Origin: a virus
Taxonomy: Duplodnaviria; Caudoviricetes
DNA: 38,062 nt
Virus record (IMG/VR): IMGVR_UViG_3300020044_003096
Coordinates: 1-38,062 of that record
Reading direction: 5' to 3' (one strand)
Part shown: piece by piece, positions 15,782 to 24,522 of the stretch
Layout of the letters: the number at the start of each line of letters is the position of its first letter
Numbering within the stretch: the stretch's first letter is position 1
The notes under the pieces: generated by a model
Told to the model about the DNA's origin: nothing
The model's input: the letters and a program-made list of their open reading frames with translations, nothing else
The model's database searches: none
Made by a program: the position numbers and the translations under genes

Positions 15782-16547
15782 AACAGCGATTGTCTATACT
15801 TGTAGTCATGCTGACCCTTCACATTCTAATGAACGGTTTTCATGGCTAGGTGACTTCATTGAAGATATTAAACCTGACTATGTGGTTGACTTGGGTGATG
15901 GGGCTGATATGCGTAGCCTCAACAGCTATGATACTCGTTACCCACAAGCTATCGTAGCGCAGTCCTATCAAGCGGATATTGAGTGCTACAACGATGCTCA
16001 GTCTCGTATCTGGGACCGTTACTCACTAAAGAAGAAGAAGCGCCCTTGGCGTATTGGCTTTGAAGGCAACCACGAGAGGCGGATTCATACTGCACTTGCA
16101 CATGATCCACGATTAGAAGGTGATAAATACGGTGTTAGTTTTTCCCATCTACAGACAGACCATTGGTTTGACGACTACCATCGCTACTCGAACGGTGGTC
16201 CAGCGATTGCTGATTATGATGGTGTGTCTTATGCTCATTACTTCAGTAGTGGTAACTTTGGTTCTGCAATGAGTGGTATCCACCACGCATATTCCCTCTT
16301 GCAGAATCGTAATCATTCCTCTACTTGTGGGCATAGCCATAAGCGATCTGTTTACTTCAAAGATGGCAGTCACCCACATGGTATCATTGGTCTTGTGGCT
16401 GGAAACTTTAAGGGTGGGGCAGAAAGTTGGGCAGGGCAAAGTCAGAACGATTGGTGGGGTGGATGCGTCATCAAACGTGAAATTAGTAATGGTATGTATG
16501 AACCGCAATTCGTATCTCTGGAGGCTCTGAAGAAAGCATATGGATAG
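15774..16547 (+). CDS. calcineurin-like metallophosphoesterase
   Basis: DLGDGAD, EGNHE, YAH, CGHSH motifs. Confidence 0.88.
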   Translation: MTKTAIVYTCSHADPSHSNERFSWLGDFIEDIKPDYVVDLGDGADMRSLNSYDTRYPQAIVAQSYQADIECYNDAQSRIWDRYSLKKKKRPWRIGFEGNHERRIHTALAHDPRLEGDKYGVSFSHLQTDHWFDDYHRYSNGGPAIADYDGVSYAHYFSSGNFGSAMSGIHHAYSLLQNRNHSSTCGHSHKRSVYFKDGSHPHGIIGLVAGNFKGGAESWAGQSQNDWWGGCVIKREISNGMYEPQFVSLEALKKAYG

Positions 16548-16561
16548 ATCGGAGAAATTCC

Positions 16562-17104
16562 TTGGGTAAAAGATCTCCTGACTTTATAAAGAAATCTCGT
16601 GATTATTACCCCACTATTGACCCTATTGCTGCTGAGGTATTGCTTGAGCACCTAGAAGAAGGCACTTTGTTTATTGAGCCTTGTGCAGGAGCAGGAGACT
16701 TGGCGCTAAGTATTTTTTGTAAAAATAAGTCAATTGCCTGTGTAGGAATGTATGATATTGAACCTCAAAAAGAGGGTATCATCAAACGGGATTGCCTATC
16801 TCTTACAGAGAATGATAATGTCTTTGCTAACCGTTTCATAACAAATCCTCCCTTCACTTGGTCAGTTTTACAACCATTAATGGGTCATATGATCAGTCTA
16901 CTGCCCACTTGGCTACTACTTCCTGCTGATGTGATGCACAATGTTCGTATGGGTCCGTATATGAAGAAATGTGTTAAGGTTGTAAGTATTGGTCGTATGT
17001 ATTGGATGGAGAACAAAATTAAAGGGGTAGAAAATATGTGCTGGTATCTTTTTGACAAAGACCATGAAGGGCCTACACAATTCATTGGAAGATTAACTAA
17101 GTGA
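16562..17104 (+). CDS. small SAM-dependent DNA methyltransferase (NPPF type)
   Basis: RDYYPT, FIEPCAGAGDL (motif I), ITNPPF (motif IV). Confidence 0.82.
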   Translation: MGKRSPDFIKKSRDYYPTIDPIAAEVLLEHLEEGTLFIEPCAGAGDLALSIFCKNKSIACVGMYDIEPQKEGIIKRDCLSLTENDNVFANRFITNPPFTWSVLQPLMGHMISLLPTWLLLPADVMHNVRMGPYMKKCVKVVSIGRMYWMENKIKGVENMCWYLFDKDHEGPTQFIGRLTK

Positions 17105-17250
17105 CTAAAGAACAAATTAAACAGTTGATTGAAGATCATGGTTTTGTTAAAATCCTTAAAGACCATGACTTGACTTTGTGGAAAACTCTTGACATTCTAG
17201 ATACTCTAGGCTATGTGATGCTAGAGAACTACGAAACAGAAGATTACTAA
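17101..17250 (+). CDS. hypothetical protein (49 aa)
   Basis: Read manually; GTGA overlap with the upstream stop. Confidence 0.55.
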   Translation: MTKEQIKQLIEDHGFVKILKDHDLTLWKTLDILDTLGYVMLENYETEDY

Positions 17251-17438
17251 TGAAAGATGATGACACTATGAAGATTGGTTTCCTACCACTTCTAACCCTA
17301 GTCCTGCTAGTCCTGAAAGCTACAGGCTACCTTAATATTTCTTGGTTGCTAGTATTTGCACCTCTTTGGTTGCCAATTGCTGTAGTACTCCTGGTGGTTC
17401 TGTTTATTAACATTTGGGCGGTAGAAAAAGATGACTGA
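17250..17438 (+). CDS. small membrane protein
   Basis: LVLKATGYLNISWLLVFAPLWLP, two hydrophobic segments. Confidence 0.75.
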   Translation: MKDDDTMKIGFLPLLTLVLLVLKATGYLNISWLLVFAPLWLPIAVVLLVVLFINIWAVEKDD

Positions 17439-17781
17439 AAGTATTGAACCACATCGTTACGACAACATGAATGACTTTGATGCTTATCAAATTCAAGCAA
17501 AAAAGACTGCTATCTACCCCAAGTCTGATGGACTGACTTATACTGCTTTGGGTCTAGCCAATGAAAGTGGGGAATATTGTGGTAAACTAAAGAAGTTCAT
17601 TCGTGATGGCTTTTTTGATGATAAAGCTGCTGCTGATGAACTTGGTGATGTTCTTTGGTATTTGGCACTTTGTGCAGAAGAACTTGGCTATGATCTGTCT
17701 GAGATTGCTCAGATGAACCTTGATAAACTTAAAGACCGTGCTAACCGAGGTGTTCTTGGTGGGTCGGGTGACACGAGGTGA
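17431..17781 (+). CDS. mazG: MazG-like nucleotide pyrophosphohydrolase
   Basis: LGLANESGE..GKLKK, DELGDVLWY, NLDKLKDR..RG.LGGSGD.R. Confidence 0.9.
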   Translation: MTESIEPHRYDNMNDFDAYQIQAKKTAIYPKSDGLTYTALGLANESGEYCGKLKKFIRDGFFDDKAAADELGDVLWYLALCAEELGYDLSEIAQMNLDKLKDRANRGVLGGSGDTR

Positions 17782-18182
17782 ATCCTAAAAAGGCTTATGA
17801 TGACCAGAAACGCCATGCAGAACAAAGAGGAATTTCTTGGGAAATAACATATTCTGAGTGGTTAGAAATGTGGCTTGTTTCTGGGAAGTGGGAACAAAGG
17901 GGTAGGGGTTCAGACACATACTGTATGTGTAGGCATGGGGATGTAGGACCCTATTCACAAAGAAACTGCTATATCGATAAAACAGAAAACAACCAGCAAA
18001 CTCGTTGGGAAAATGTTAGAAAAGTTTTGCCCCAACAATATTTAGATATTGTAAAACTGTGGCTTGAAAGTGGCATGACGCAATACGCTATTGCTGAAAA
18101 ATATGGGGTAGATCAATCCTATATCAGCAAGATTATCTCTAAATACAAAAAGGTTATGAATGAACAACTATCTTCAAAATGA
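17778..18182 (+). CDS. putative homing endonuclease (variant beta-beta-alpha-Me) with C-terminal HTH
   Basis: AEQRGISWEITYSEW, CMCRHGDVGPYSQRNCYI, MTQYAIAEKYGVDQSYISKI. Confidence 0.65.
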   Translation: MNPKKAYDDQKRHAEQRGISWEITYSEWLEMWLVSGKWEQRGRGSDTYCMCRHGDVGPYSQRNCYIDKTENNQQTRWENVRKVLPQQYLDIVKLWLESGMTQYAIAEKYGVDQSYISKIISKYKKVMNEQLSSK

Positions 18183-20064
18183 TTATCGCAGCTTTATCCA
18201 CACTAGCCGTTATGCTCGTTGGATAAATGAAGAAAATCGACGGGAAACTTGGGAAGAAACAGTAGGACGTTTTATTGCAAACGTAGTTGCACCTAAGGTT
18301 GATAAAGAAACACAAGAAGAGATCAAGAATGCTATTCTAAACTGTGAAGTAGCCCCCTCTATGCGGGCTATGATGACTGCTGGACCTGCATTGCATCGTG
18401 ACAATACGGCTGGCTACAATTGTGCTTATCTTGCTGTAGATGACCCTAAAGCCTTTGATGAAGCTATGTTCATTCTTCTCTGTGGCACTGGTGTAGGGTT
18501 TTCTGTTGAACGTCAGTATATCAGCAAACTTCCTGATGTGCCTGATAACATGTTCAAGAGTGAAGATACTATTGTAGTTCACGACAGTAAAGAGGGTTGG
18601 GCTAAGGCACTTCGTAAAGTAATTGCTATGCTTTATGCAGGTGAAATCCCTACTTGGGATGTGTCTAAGGTTCGTCCTGCTGGTGCTAAATTGAAAACTT
18701 TTGGTGGTCGTGCTTCTGGTCCTGCACCTTTGGTTGACTTGTTTAATTTTGTAATCAATGTATTTGTCAATGCTCGTGGACGTAAACTATCTTCTGTAGA
18801 AGTCCATGACATTCTGTGTAAGATTGGTGAAGTTGTTGTTGTAGGTGGTGTTCGTCGTTCAGCTATGATCTCTCTATCTAACCTGTCTGATGACCGTATG
18901 CGTCATGCTAAGAGTGGTCAATGGTGGGAAAAGAATGGTCAACGAGCTTTGGCTAACAACTCTGTAGCTTATACTGAGAAGCCTGATATGGAGACCTTCC
19001 TCCGTGAATGGACTTCATTGGTTGAAAGTAAATCTGGTGAACGTGGTATCTTCTCCCGTCCTGCATCTAAAAAACAAGCTGCCAAGAATGGTCGTCGTGA
19101 TACTAATTATGAGTTTGGGACCAATCCTTGCTCAGAAATTATCCTTCGTCCGCAACAATTTTGTAATCTTTCCGAGGTAGTGGTTCGGGCTACAGATACT
19201 CTTGAAGACCTTGAACGTAAAGTTCGTTTGGCTACTATCCTTGGAACTATTCAATCTACCTATACTAACTTCCCTTATCTTCGTAAAATTTGGCAGAAGA
19301 ACACTGAAGAAGAACGGTTGCTTGGCGTGTCGTTGACTGGTATTATGGATAACCCGCTCCTTAATGATAAGGATGGTATTTTTCTTGCAGGTATTTTGGA
19401 TAATTTGAAAAGTGTTGCTATTGCTACTAATGCTAAGTGGGCAAATCGCCTTGATGTTCCAGTTTCTTCTGCAATTACCTGTGTTAAGCCTTCCGGCACT
19501 GTTAGCCAGCTTGTTGATAGTGCTTCCGGTATTCACGCTCGTCATAGCAGCTACTACATTCGCACTGTTCGTGGAGATAACAAAGACCCGCTGACACAGT
19601 TTATGAAAGATCAAGGTATTCCTAATGAACCAGATGTAACCAAGCCAGAAAGCACTACGGTATTTAGTTTCCCTCAGAAATCTCCTGAAGGTGCTATTAC
19701 CCGTAATGATATGACTGCCATTGAACAGCTTGAACTATGGTTGGTCTATCAACGTCATTGGTGTGAACATAAACCTTCTGTAACGATTACTGTCCGTGAA
19801 CATGAATGGATGGAGGTTGGTGCTTGGGTCTACAAATACTTTGATGAAGTGTCTGGTGTGTCGTTCTTGCCCCACAGTGACCATACCTACCAACAGGCAC
19901 CTTATCAGGATTGCAGCAAAGAGGAGTATGAACGTATGCTAGAGATTATGCCTGATCGTATTGATTGGTCTAAGTTGTCTGAGTATGAGACTGAAGATAC
20001 TTCTAAAGGAACCTCTACGTTTGCATGTTCTGGTGGTGCATGCGAGCTTGTGGACCTAGTGTAA
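18160..20064 (+). CDS. nrdJ: class II (adenosylcobalamin-dependent) ribonucleotide reductase
   Basis: PSMRAMM, GYNC, GTGVGFS, VGGVRRSA, TNPCSEI, TCVKPSGT, C-terminal CSGGAC; no beta-subunit gene nearby. Confidence 0.93.
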   Translation: MNNYLQNDYRSFIHTSRYARWINEENRRETWEETVGRFIANVVAPKVDKETQEEIKNAILNCEVAPSMRAMMTAGPALHRDNTAGYNCAYLAVDDPKAFDEAMFILLCGTGVGFSVERQYISKLPDVPDNMFKSEDTIVVHDSKEGWAKALRKVIAMLYAGEIPTWDVSKVRPAGAKLKTFGGRASGPAPLVDLFNFVINVFVNARGRKLSSVEVHDILCKIGEVVVVGGVRRSAMISLSNLSDDRMRHAKSGQWWEKNGQRALANNSVAYTEKPDMETFLREWTSLVESKSGERGIFSRPASKKQAAKNGRRDTNYEFGTNPCSEIILRPQQFCNLSEVVVRATDTLEDLERKVRLATILGTIQSTYTNFPYLRKIWQKNTEEERLLGVSLTGIMDNPLLNDKDGIFLAGILDNLKSVAIATNAKWANRLDVPVSSAITCVKPSGTVSQLVDSASGIHARHSSYYIRTVRGDNKDPLTQFMKDQGIPNEPDVTKPESTTVFSFPQKSPEGAITRNDMTAIEQLELWLVYQRHWCEHKPSVTITVREHEWMEVGAWVYKYFDEVSGVSFLPHSDHTYQQAPYQDCSKEEYERMLEIMPDRIDWSKLSEYETEDTSKGTSTFACSGGACELVDLV

Positions 20065-20065
20065 A

Positions 20066-20308
20066 ATGTATTACATTCTTACTCGTGAAGATTGCAAGTG
20101 GTGTGATAAAGCTAAAGCACTGCTTGATGAGAAAGGATTGGGCTATCAAGCCCTTTCCTACCAAGAACACCCAATCATTAGCAAGTTAATTAAAATGACA
20201 AATATCAAGACAGTCCCTCAGATTTGGCTTGACAACGAACATATTGGCGGTTATTCAGAACTATATAATTCATTCTTGGGTAGTGAAAACAATGCTAAAG
20301 AAAACTGA
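20066..20308 (+). CDS. glutaredoxin
   Basis: CKWC active site, KTVPQI, HIGGY. Confidence 0.92.
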   Translation: MYYILTREDCKWCDKAKALLDEKGLGYQALSYQEHPIISKLIKMTNIKTVPQIWLDNEHIGGYSELYNSFLGSENNAKEN

Positions 20309-20987
20309 AGGTAAGCGTGTATCAAAGTATAAAGGTGCTGAGAGTGAGAACCTTTCTCGTATCAGTTCCCTGCTTCCTCTGAATGACAACCAGAAACTTT
20401 ACATCAATGCTCTAAAGACATCTGATCAAGTCATTGTTTGTGGTTTCTCTGGGACTGGTAAAACATTTGTTGCAGCTACTCAAGCAGCCAATATGTATGC
20501 TATGAAGGAAGTTGACAAGATCATCATTACTCGTCCTAATGTATCTGTAGGTAAAGACCTAGGATACTTTCCGGGCAGTCTTGAAGAGAAGTTTGCTCCT
20601 TGGGCTATGCCTGTCCTAGAGGTGCTACAAGATCAGTTGGGTAAGGGTGTAGTAGAGACTGCCATAAAGTCTGGTAACATTGAAATGGCCCCTCTATCGA
20701 CTATGCGGGGACGTTCATTCAAGAACGCTTTCATTATCCTAGATGAAGCACAGAATACTTCTGTGGCCGAGATTAAGATGTTTCTAACTCGTATTGGTCA
20801 AAACTGTAAGGTAGTGATCAACGGGGATATTCGTCAGTCTGATGTGCAACAACAATCAGGTTTGTCTAAGATTATCCATCTAGCTAAAAAGTTCAATATG
20901 GATGTTCCCATTATTGAGTTTGGTGTAGAAGATATTGTCCGTTCTGATATTTGTAAGAATTGGATCATTGCATTTGAAAGTGAGTAA
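20292..20987 (+). CDS. phoH: PhoH-like ATPase
   Basis: GFSGTGKT, IIITRP, LGYFPG, MRGRSF, ILDEAQN, FLTRIG, GDIRQSD. Confidence 0.95.
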   Translation: MLKKTEGKRVSKYKGAESENLSRISSLLPLNDNQKLYINALKTSDQVIVCGFSGTGKTFVAATQAANMYAMKEVDKIIITRPNVSVGKDLGYFPGSLEEKFAPWAMPVLEVLQDQLGKGVVETAIKSGNIEMAPLSTMRGRSFKNAFIILDEAQNTSVAEIKMFLTRIGQNCKVVINGDIRQSDVQQQSGLSKIIHLAKKFNMDVPIIEFGVEDIVRSDICKNWIIAFESE

Positions 20988-20989
20988 AC

Positions 20990-21715
20990 ATGACCTTCAA
21001 GGTTGGTGACAAGGTTCGTCTTAACGAACGGGGTAAGCGTCAAGGTTACGTAAGTGTTGTCCCCAAGGTGGTGTATGAGGTTACTTCTGTAACTACCCGC
21101 AAGGAGATTACCCTGAAGGGTGTCTATGCTCAGTGGGCTGTTGAAAATTGGGAACTTGTGGAGGATAAAATGAAATATAAAGTTGGTGATAAGGCCCGTA
21201 TTGTAGCTAATCACAGCAGTCACAAATTTGACGACGGTGATATTGTTGTGATTAATACAGAAGTTTCCGAAGGAGAATATCGTGCTTATCTCTTCCAAGA
21301 CCCCTCAGAAGTATGGTATGTTGCTGAGGATGATATTGAACCTTTCATTACCTTGCCTGAACATCTTACCAAATCTCCTGTGGGAATTGTAGATAAATAC
21401 TATGAAGATTCTGTAAAGATTAAACCTCATGGTGGGCCTTCTAGCTACTACGATATGCCATTCAATGAGTGGACTACAGTTAATGATCAGATGGAGTATC
21501 TAGCAGAAAATAAATGGGGTAAGTTTGGTATTCACCTAAAAGATATTCATAAGGGTTTGTGTCGTTGGGGGGATAAACCCGGAACAACAGTTCTATACGA
21601 CACCAAGAAGATTATTTACTACGGTGTCCGAGTTCTTCGTATGCTCAGTGGTAAAAAGGGTGTTCAAGATTATCTCAAAGAACTCCTTAATGACCCTCAG
21701 TTTAAGGATTACTAG
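20990..21715 (+). CDS. multidomain protein: two KVGDK domains plus C-terminal DUF3310/T7 gp1.7-like domain
   Basis: FKVGDKVR and YKVGDKAR repeats; HGGPSSYYD...KGLCRWGDKPG...YDTKKIIYY. Confidence 0.6.
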   Translation: MTFKVGDKVRLNERGKRQGYVSVVPKVVYEVTSVTTRKEITLKGVYAQWAVENWELVEDKMKYKVGDKARIVANHSSHKFDDGDIVVINTEVSEGEYRAYLFQDPSEVWYVAEDDIEPFITLPEHLTKSPVGIVDKYYEDSVKIKPHGGPSSYYDMPFNEWTTVNDQMEYLAENKWGKFGIHLKDIHKGLCRWGDKPGTTVLYDTKKIIYYGVRVLRMLSGKKGVQDYLKELLNDPQFKDY

Positions 21716-21819
21716 ACATGGTATATACTATCTTTTTGATCTGTCTTGTTGTAGGGTTTGTATTCTACGCTTCTGACAACCACTAACTACAATTATTTAT
21801 ACAAACAAGGAAATCCCTA

Positions 21820-22269
21820 ATGGGTCCAACTATTGAACTTGCCTATCAACTTCGTATTTGTCTAGCTACTGCTTTCTCTCTTTACCTAAAGACACATAAC
21901 TATCATTGGAATGTAACTGGTCCTAACTTCAGTGAATATCACAAGTTCTTTGGTGAAGTGTATCAGGAGGTGTGGGAAAGTGTAGATGACTATGCTGAAC
22001 ATATTCGAACTCTGAATGAGTTTCCTCTTGGCAGTCTTGCTGAGTTTGCTCGTAATTCAGCTATCCTAGAAGCTACAGACAATATCCCTGCCTATGCTAT
22101 GTTCAAGCAACTTGAGGATGACAATCGTATTCTTCTTGAAGAACTAAGTAAAGCACATGATCTTGCTGTAGAAGCTGGAGCTTATGGTATTACTAACTTC
22201 CTTGAAGGACAGATTGACTACCATAATACTCTTGGGTGGAAGCTCAAAGCCTTCACTCCTCTGATGTAA
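21820..22269 (+). CDS. dps: Dps (DNA-binding ferritin-like protein)
   Basis: LYLKTHNYHWNVTGPNF.EYHKFF.E.Y.E....VDDYAEHIRTL ferroxidase signature. Confidence 0.92.
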   Translation: MGPTIELAYQLRICLATAFSLYLKTHNYHWNVTGPNFSEYHKFFGEVYQEVWESVDDYAEHIRTLNEFPLGSLAEFARNSAILEATDNIPAYAMFKQLEDDNRILLEELSKAHDLAVEAGAYGITNFLEGQIDYHNTLGWKLKAFTPLM

Positions 22270-22281
22270 AAATTTAGACAT

Positions 22282-22329
22282 AAAAAGACCCCGTAAGTTC
22301 CAGTCAAGGAGCCTACGGGGTTTTCTTTT
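22282..22329. terminator. bidirectional rho-independent terminator between the two arms
   Basis: AAAAAG-ACCCCGTA...TACGGGGT-TTTCTTTT between convergent genes. Confidence 0.85.
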
Positions 22330-22331
22330 AT

Positions 22332-22565
22332 CTACTCTTTTGACTTGTATAAGTCTAGGATGTCTCTTTTAATCTCTTTGACATCATCTTTCAGTTCTTT
22401 CCAAACTGTCCGATCTTCTTCTCTGCGTTTATCTCGCGCTTCAATCTCTTGTTGCAACATAGCAATTTGCTTCTGATTTGTCAGGACAGTCCTAACTAAC
22501 CAAGTTACAGCTCCGAAGAACAAAGAGATAATTCCTGCATATATTTGATTGACATATTCAGACAC
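22332..22565 (-). CDS. membrane protein with coiled coil (lysis cassette; holin- or spanin-like)
   Basis: One TM segment plus coiled coil, next to endolysin. Confidence 0.6.
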   Translation of the reverse strand: MSEYVNQIYAGIISLFFGAVTWLVRTVLTNQKQIAMLQQEIEARDKRREEDRTVWKELKDDVKEIKRDILDLYKSKE

Positions 22566-22893
22566 GTTTGAAAAGCCCTCTTAACCATCTTGAGATTTCA
22601 TTAGGGCTTGGTAGCAACCAGCCTAAAACTAATAAGACGATCATCCAGATTGGTGTTTGCTGGATATTGACTTGATCGACTTTACTCGCCTCTAGGCTAG
22701 AGACTTTATTAACAATGTCCCTCCCTGCCGTAGAGGTTTCTTGACTAGCTACTACTTGTTGTGTAATGTCTTTACCGATATTAGCGCTAACTGAAGGTCC
22801 ACCACTACCACCAAGAACAGCCTTAGTCAAGACACTGGCTGGACTACAAGCACTCATTACAAAGAAAAGACAGATTAGGATAATTCTAAACAC
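22558..22893 (-). CDS. lipoprotein with C-terminal TM (candidate unimolecular spanin)
   Basis: Lipobox MSAC after hydrophobic leader; C-terminal WMIVLLVLGWLLP. Confidence 0.6.
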   Translation of the reverse strand: MFRIILICLFFVMSACSPASVLTKAVLGGSGGPSVSANIGKDITQQVVASQETSTAGRDIVNKVSSLEASKVDQVNIQQTPIWMIVLLVLGWLLPSPNEISRWLRGLFKRV

Positions 22894-23080
22894 CTGTTTT
22901 CCCCTTGAACAAATCTGTTTGTGTGGCTATAGTCTGTAGGCCAAATGCAGCTAAAATAAAAGCCATATAGGGCCACACCAGTATATCTAAGATAGCCTCA
23001 TTCTCTACAAAAGAGGACAAATAGATAATGTGCAACCACATACCAAAGGCAAGTTCTCTTTTATAGGACTTAGCTAACAT
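22886..23080 (-). CDS. putative holin
   Basis: 64 aa, two hydrophobic segments, directly after endolysin. Confidence 0.55.
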   Translation of the reverse strand: MLAKSYKRELAFGMWLHIIYLSSFVENEAILDILVWPYMAFILAAFGLQTIATQTDLFKGKTGV

Positions 23081-23568
23081 TACTTAATCATCCCTTTTGC
23101 TGTTACTTGTAGACCAACAATACGAATAGTCCAACCACGACCAAATCTGATCCAAGTATCCAGAGACTTCATAAATTGCAGACGTTGTTGTGTAGTTTTA
23201 TTAACTACGTCTTGGGGGTTTGCTTTCTTTACAGCAGCTAGGGTAGCTGGACCCATTACCCCATCATCAGTGACCCCTACAGAGCGTTGTAGCCACTTTA
23301 CAGACTGCTTGTTACCAGAGTTGATAGCAGCATCAAAGACTACAAGATCAACACCAGAAGGCAACTCATCACCTTTGATGACGCTCCAATAGTCTTTCTT
23401 GTAAATGTCAATTGCTTGTTGTTTAGTCAAGGTCTTGATGTTTACCTTGGGATATGCTCGTTTAGAGATACCCCAGTTAGTTTCACCACCGGGATCAAGA
23501 GGATCATTTACATAACCCCCCTCTGATCCTAGTGCATGATTGATGATTGTTTGCCAATTCTCTTTCAT
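23080..23568 (-). CDS. endolysin, glycoside hydrolase family 108 with peptidoglycan-binding domain
   Basis: EGGYVNDPLDPGGETNWGIS, FDAAINSG, DDGVMGPATL, FGRGW..R. Confidence 0.93.
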   Translation of the reverse strand: MKENWQTIINHALGSEGGYVNDPLDPGGETNWGISKRAYPKVNIKTLTKQQAIDIYKKDYWSVIKGDELPSGVDLVVFDAAINSGNKQSVKWLQRSVGVTDDGVMGPATLAAVKKANPQDVVNKTTQQRLQFMKSLDTWIRFGRGWTIRIVGLQVTAKGMIK

Positions 23569-23570
23569 GA

Positions 23571-23987
23571 TTACACCGCTACAGTAACAGCTTGTTCAAA
23601 CAAGGTATCCATTTGTTCTGGGGTATAACCAAGAAGCCAACCAAGTTCATCCATAGTAGGACTTGTTCGTTGCCACTCTACAGAGTTTTTGATTGCTTCC
23701 CGCATAGCCCAAGGAGTTGTAGGATCATCGGCAATAGCATCAAGAGATTCGCAAACAGTTTCACCAAGAGTAATACGACCTTGTAAACGAGAGCATTTCA
23801 TTGATTGTCGTTTTAATATTAAAAGTCCTTCAGGGGATTGATCAGATTCTACAAAAGGGGTTATATCACCCTCTGAAACCAAACTACCCCACTCTGGACT
23901 TTCATTATCAAAGATGACAATATAATTATCAAAAATTTGAGCTAATACACTACTATTTGTATCTCGCCACTCTAACCTATAACTCAT
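23571..23987 (-). CDS. tail fibre-associated or chaperone-like protein
   Basis: EWQRTSP.M..L...LG.TPEQMD.LF motif; follows tail protein. Confidence 0.6.
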   Translation of the reverse strand: MSYRLEWRDTNSSVLAQIFDNYIVIFDNESPEWGSLVSEGDITPFVESDQSPEGLLILKRQSMKCSRLQGRITLGETVCESLDAIADDPTTPWAMREAIKNSVEWQRTSPTMDELGWLLGYTPEQMDTLFEQAVTVAV

Positions 23988-24508
23988 GTCATCACCGCAG
24001 AACGGTTATCAAAACTGTATTTCAAGAGACTTACAGTCATTGTTCCAGTAGCACCGCCAGAAGTCCCTGTTCCGGTGCAATCTACCGCCAAACAATCCCC
24101 CGCAGCTAATGTAACATCTAAAGTAGTGTTTGTTTGACTAGTTGTATATGTCTGAACCACAGAAGCATTTTTGTAAACCCTTACTTCCCCTGCTGTCCCA
24201 GTTTGATTACAAGTGAGTGTTATCCTAACTGTGCAACCGACTAGTGCAGTGAAAACAGAGGGAAGGATTTTCTGAACAGCTTTTGTAAGACTGGAACTAC
24301 TTGCAGATTCATTTCCAAAAGGCAGACAGTTTCTTTGAATAACTGAGCCTGCTACTGGCCCATACATAGCCGCCCCATATACCCTAGGCGCACCAGAAGC
24401 CCCCTCTGCCATAGCAATAGGGTTATCTCGCAGTTTAGTCATCAAATCGGCAGTAATCGGACTATCTGGATCAACTTCAGTATTGTTAATAGTAATATAA
24501 CTTGTCAT
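23984..24508 (-). CDS. minor tail / tail fibre protein
   Basis: EVDPDSPITADLMTKLRDNPIAMAEGASGAP N-terminus; beta-rich C-terminus. Confidence 0.7.
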   Translation of the reverse strand: MTSYITINNTEVDPDSPITADLMTKLRDNPIAMAEGASGAPRVYGAAMYGPVAGSVIQRNCLPFGNESASSSSLTKAVQKILPSVFTALVGCTVRITLTCNQTGTAGEVRVYKNASVVQTYTTSQTNTTLDVTLAAGDCLAVDCTGTGTSGGATGTMTVSLLKYSFDNRSAVMT

Positions 24509-24522
24509 ATTGTCGGGTATCC

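Noticed and set aside
21718-21786. 22-codon hydrophobic ORF before dps
   Set aside because: Too short, with a weak RBS; cannot be supported from sequence alone.
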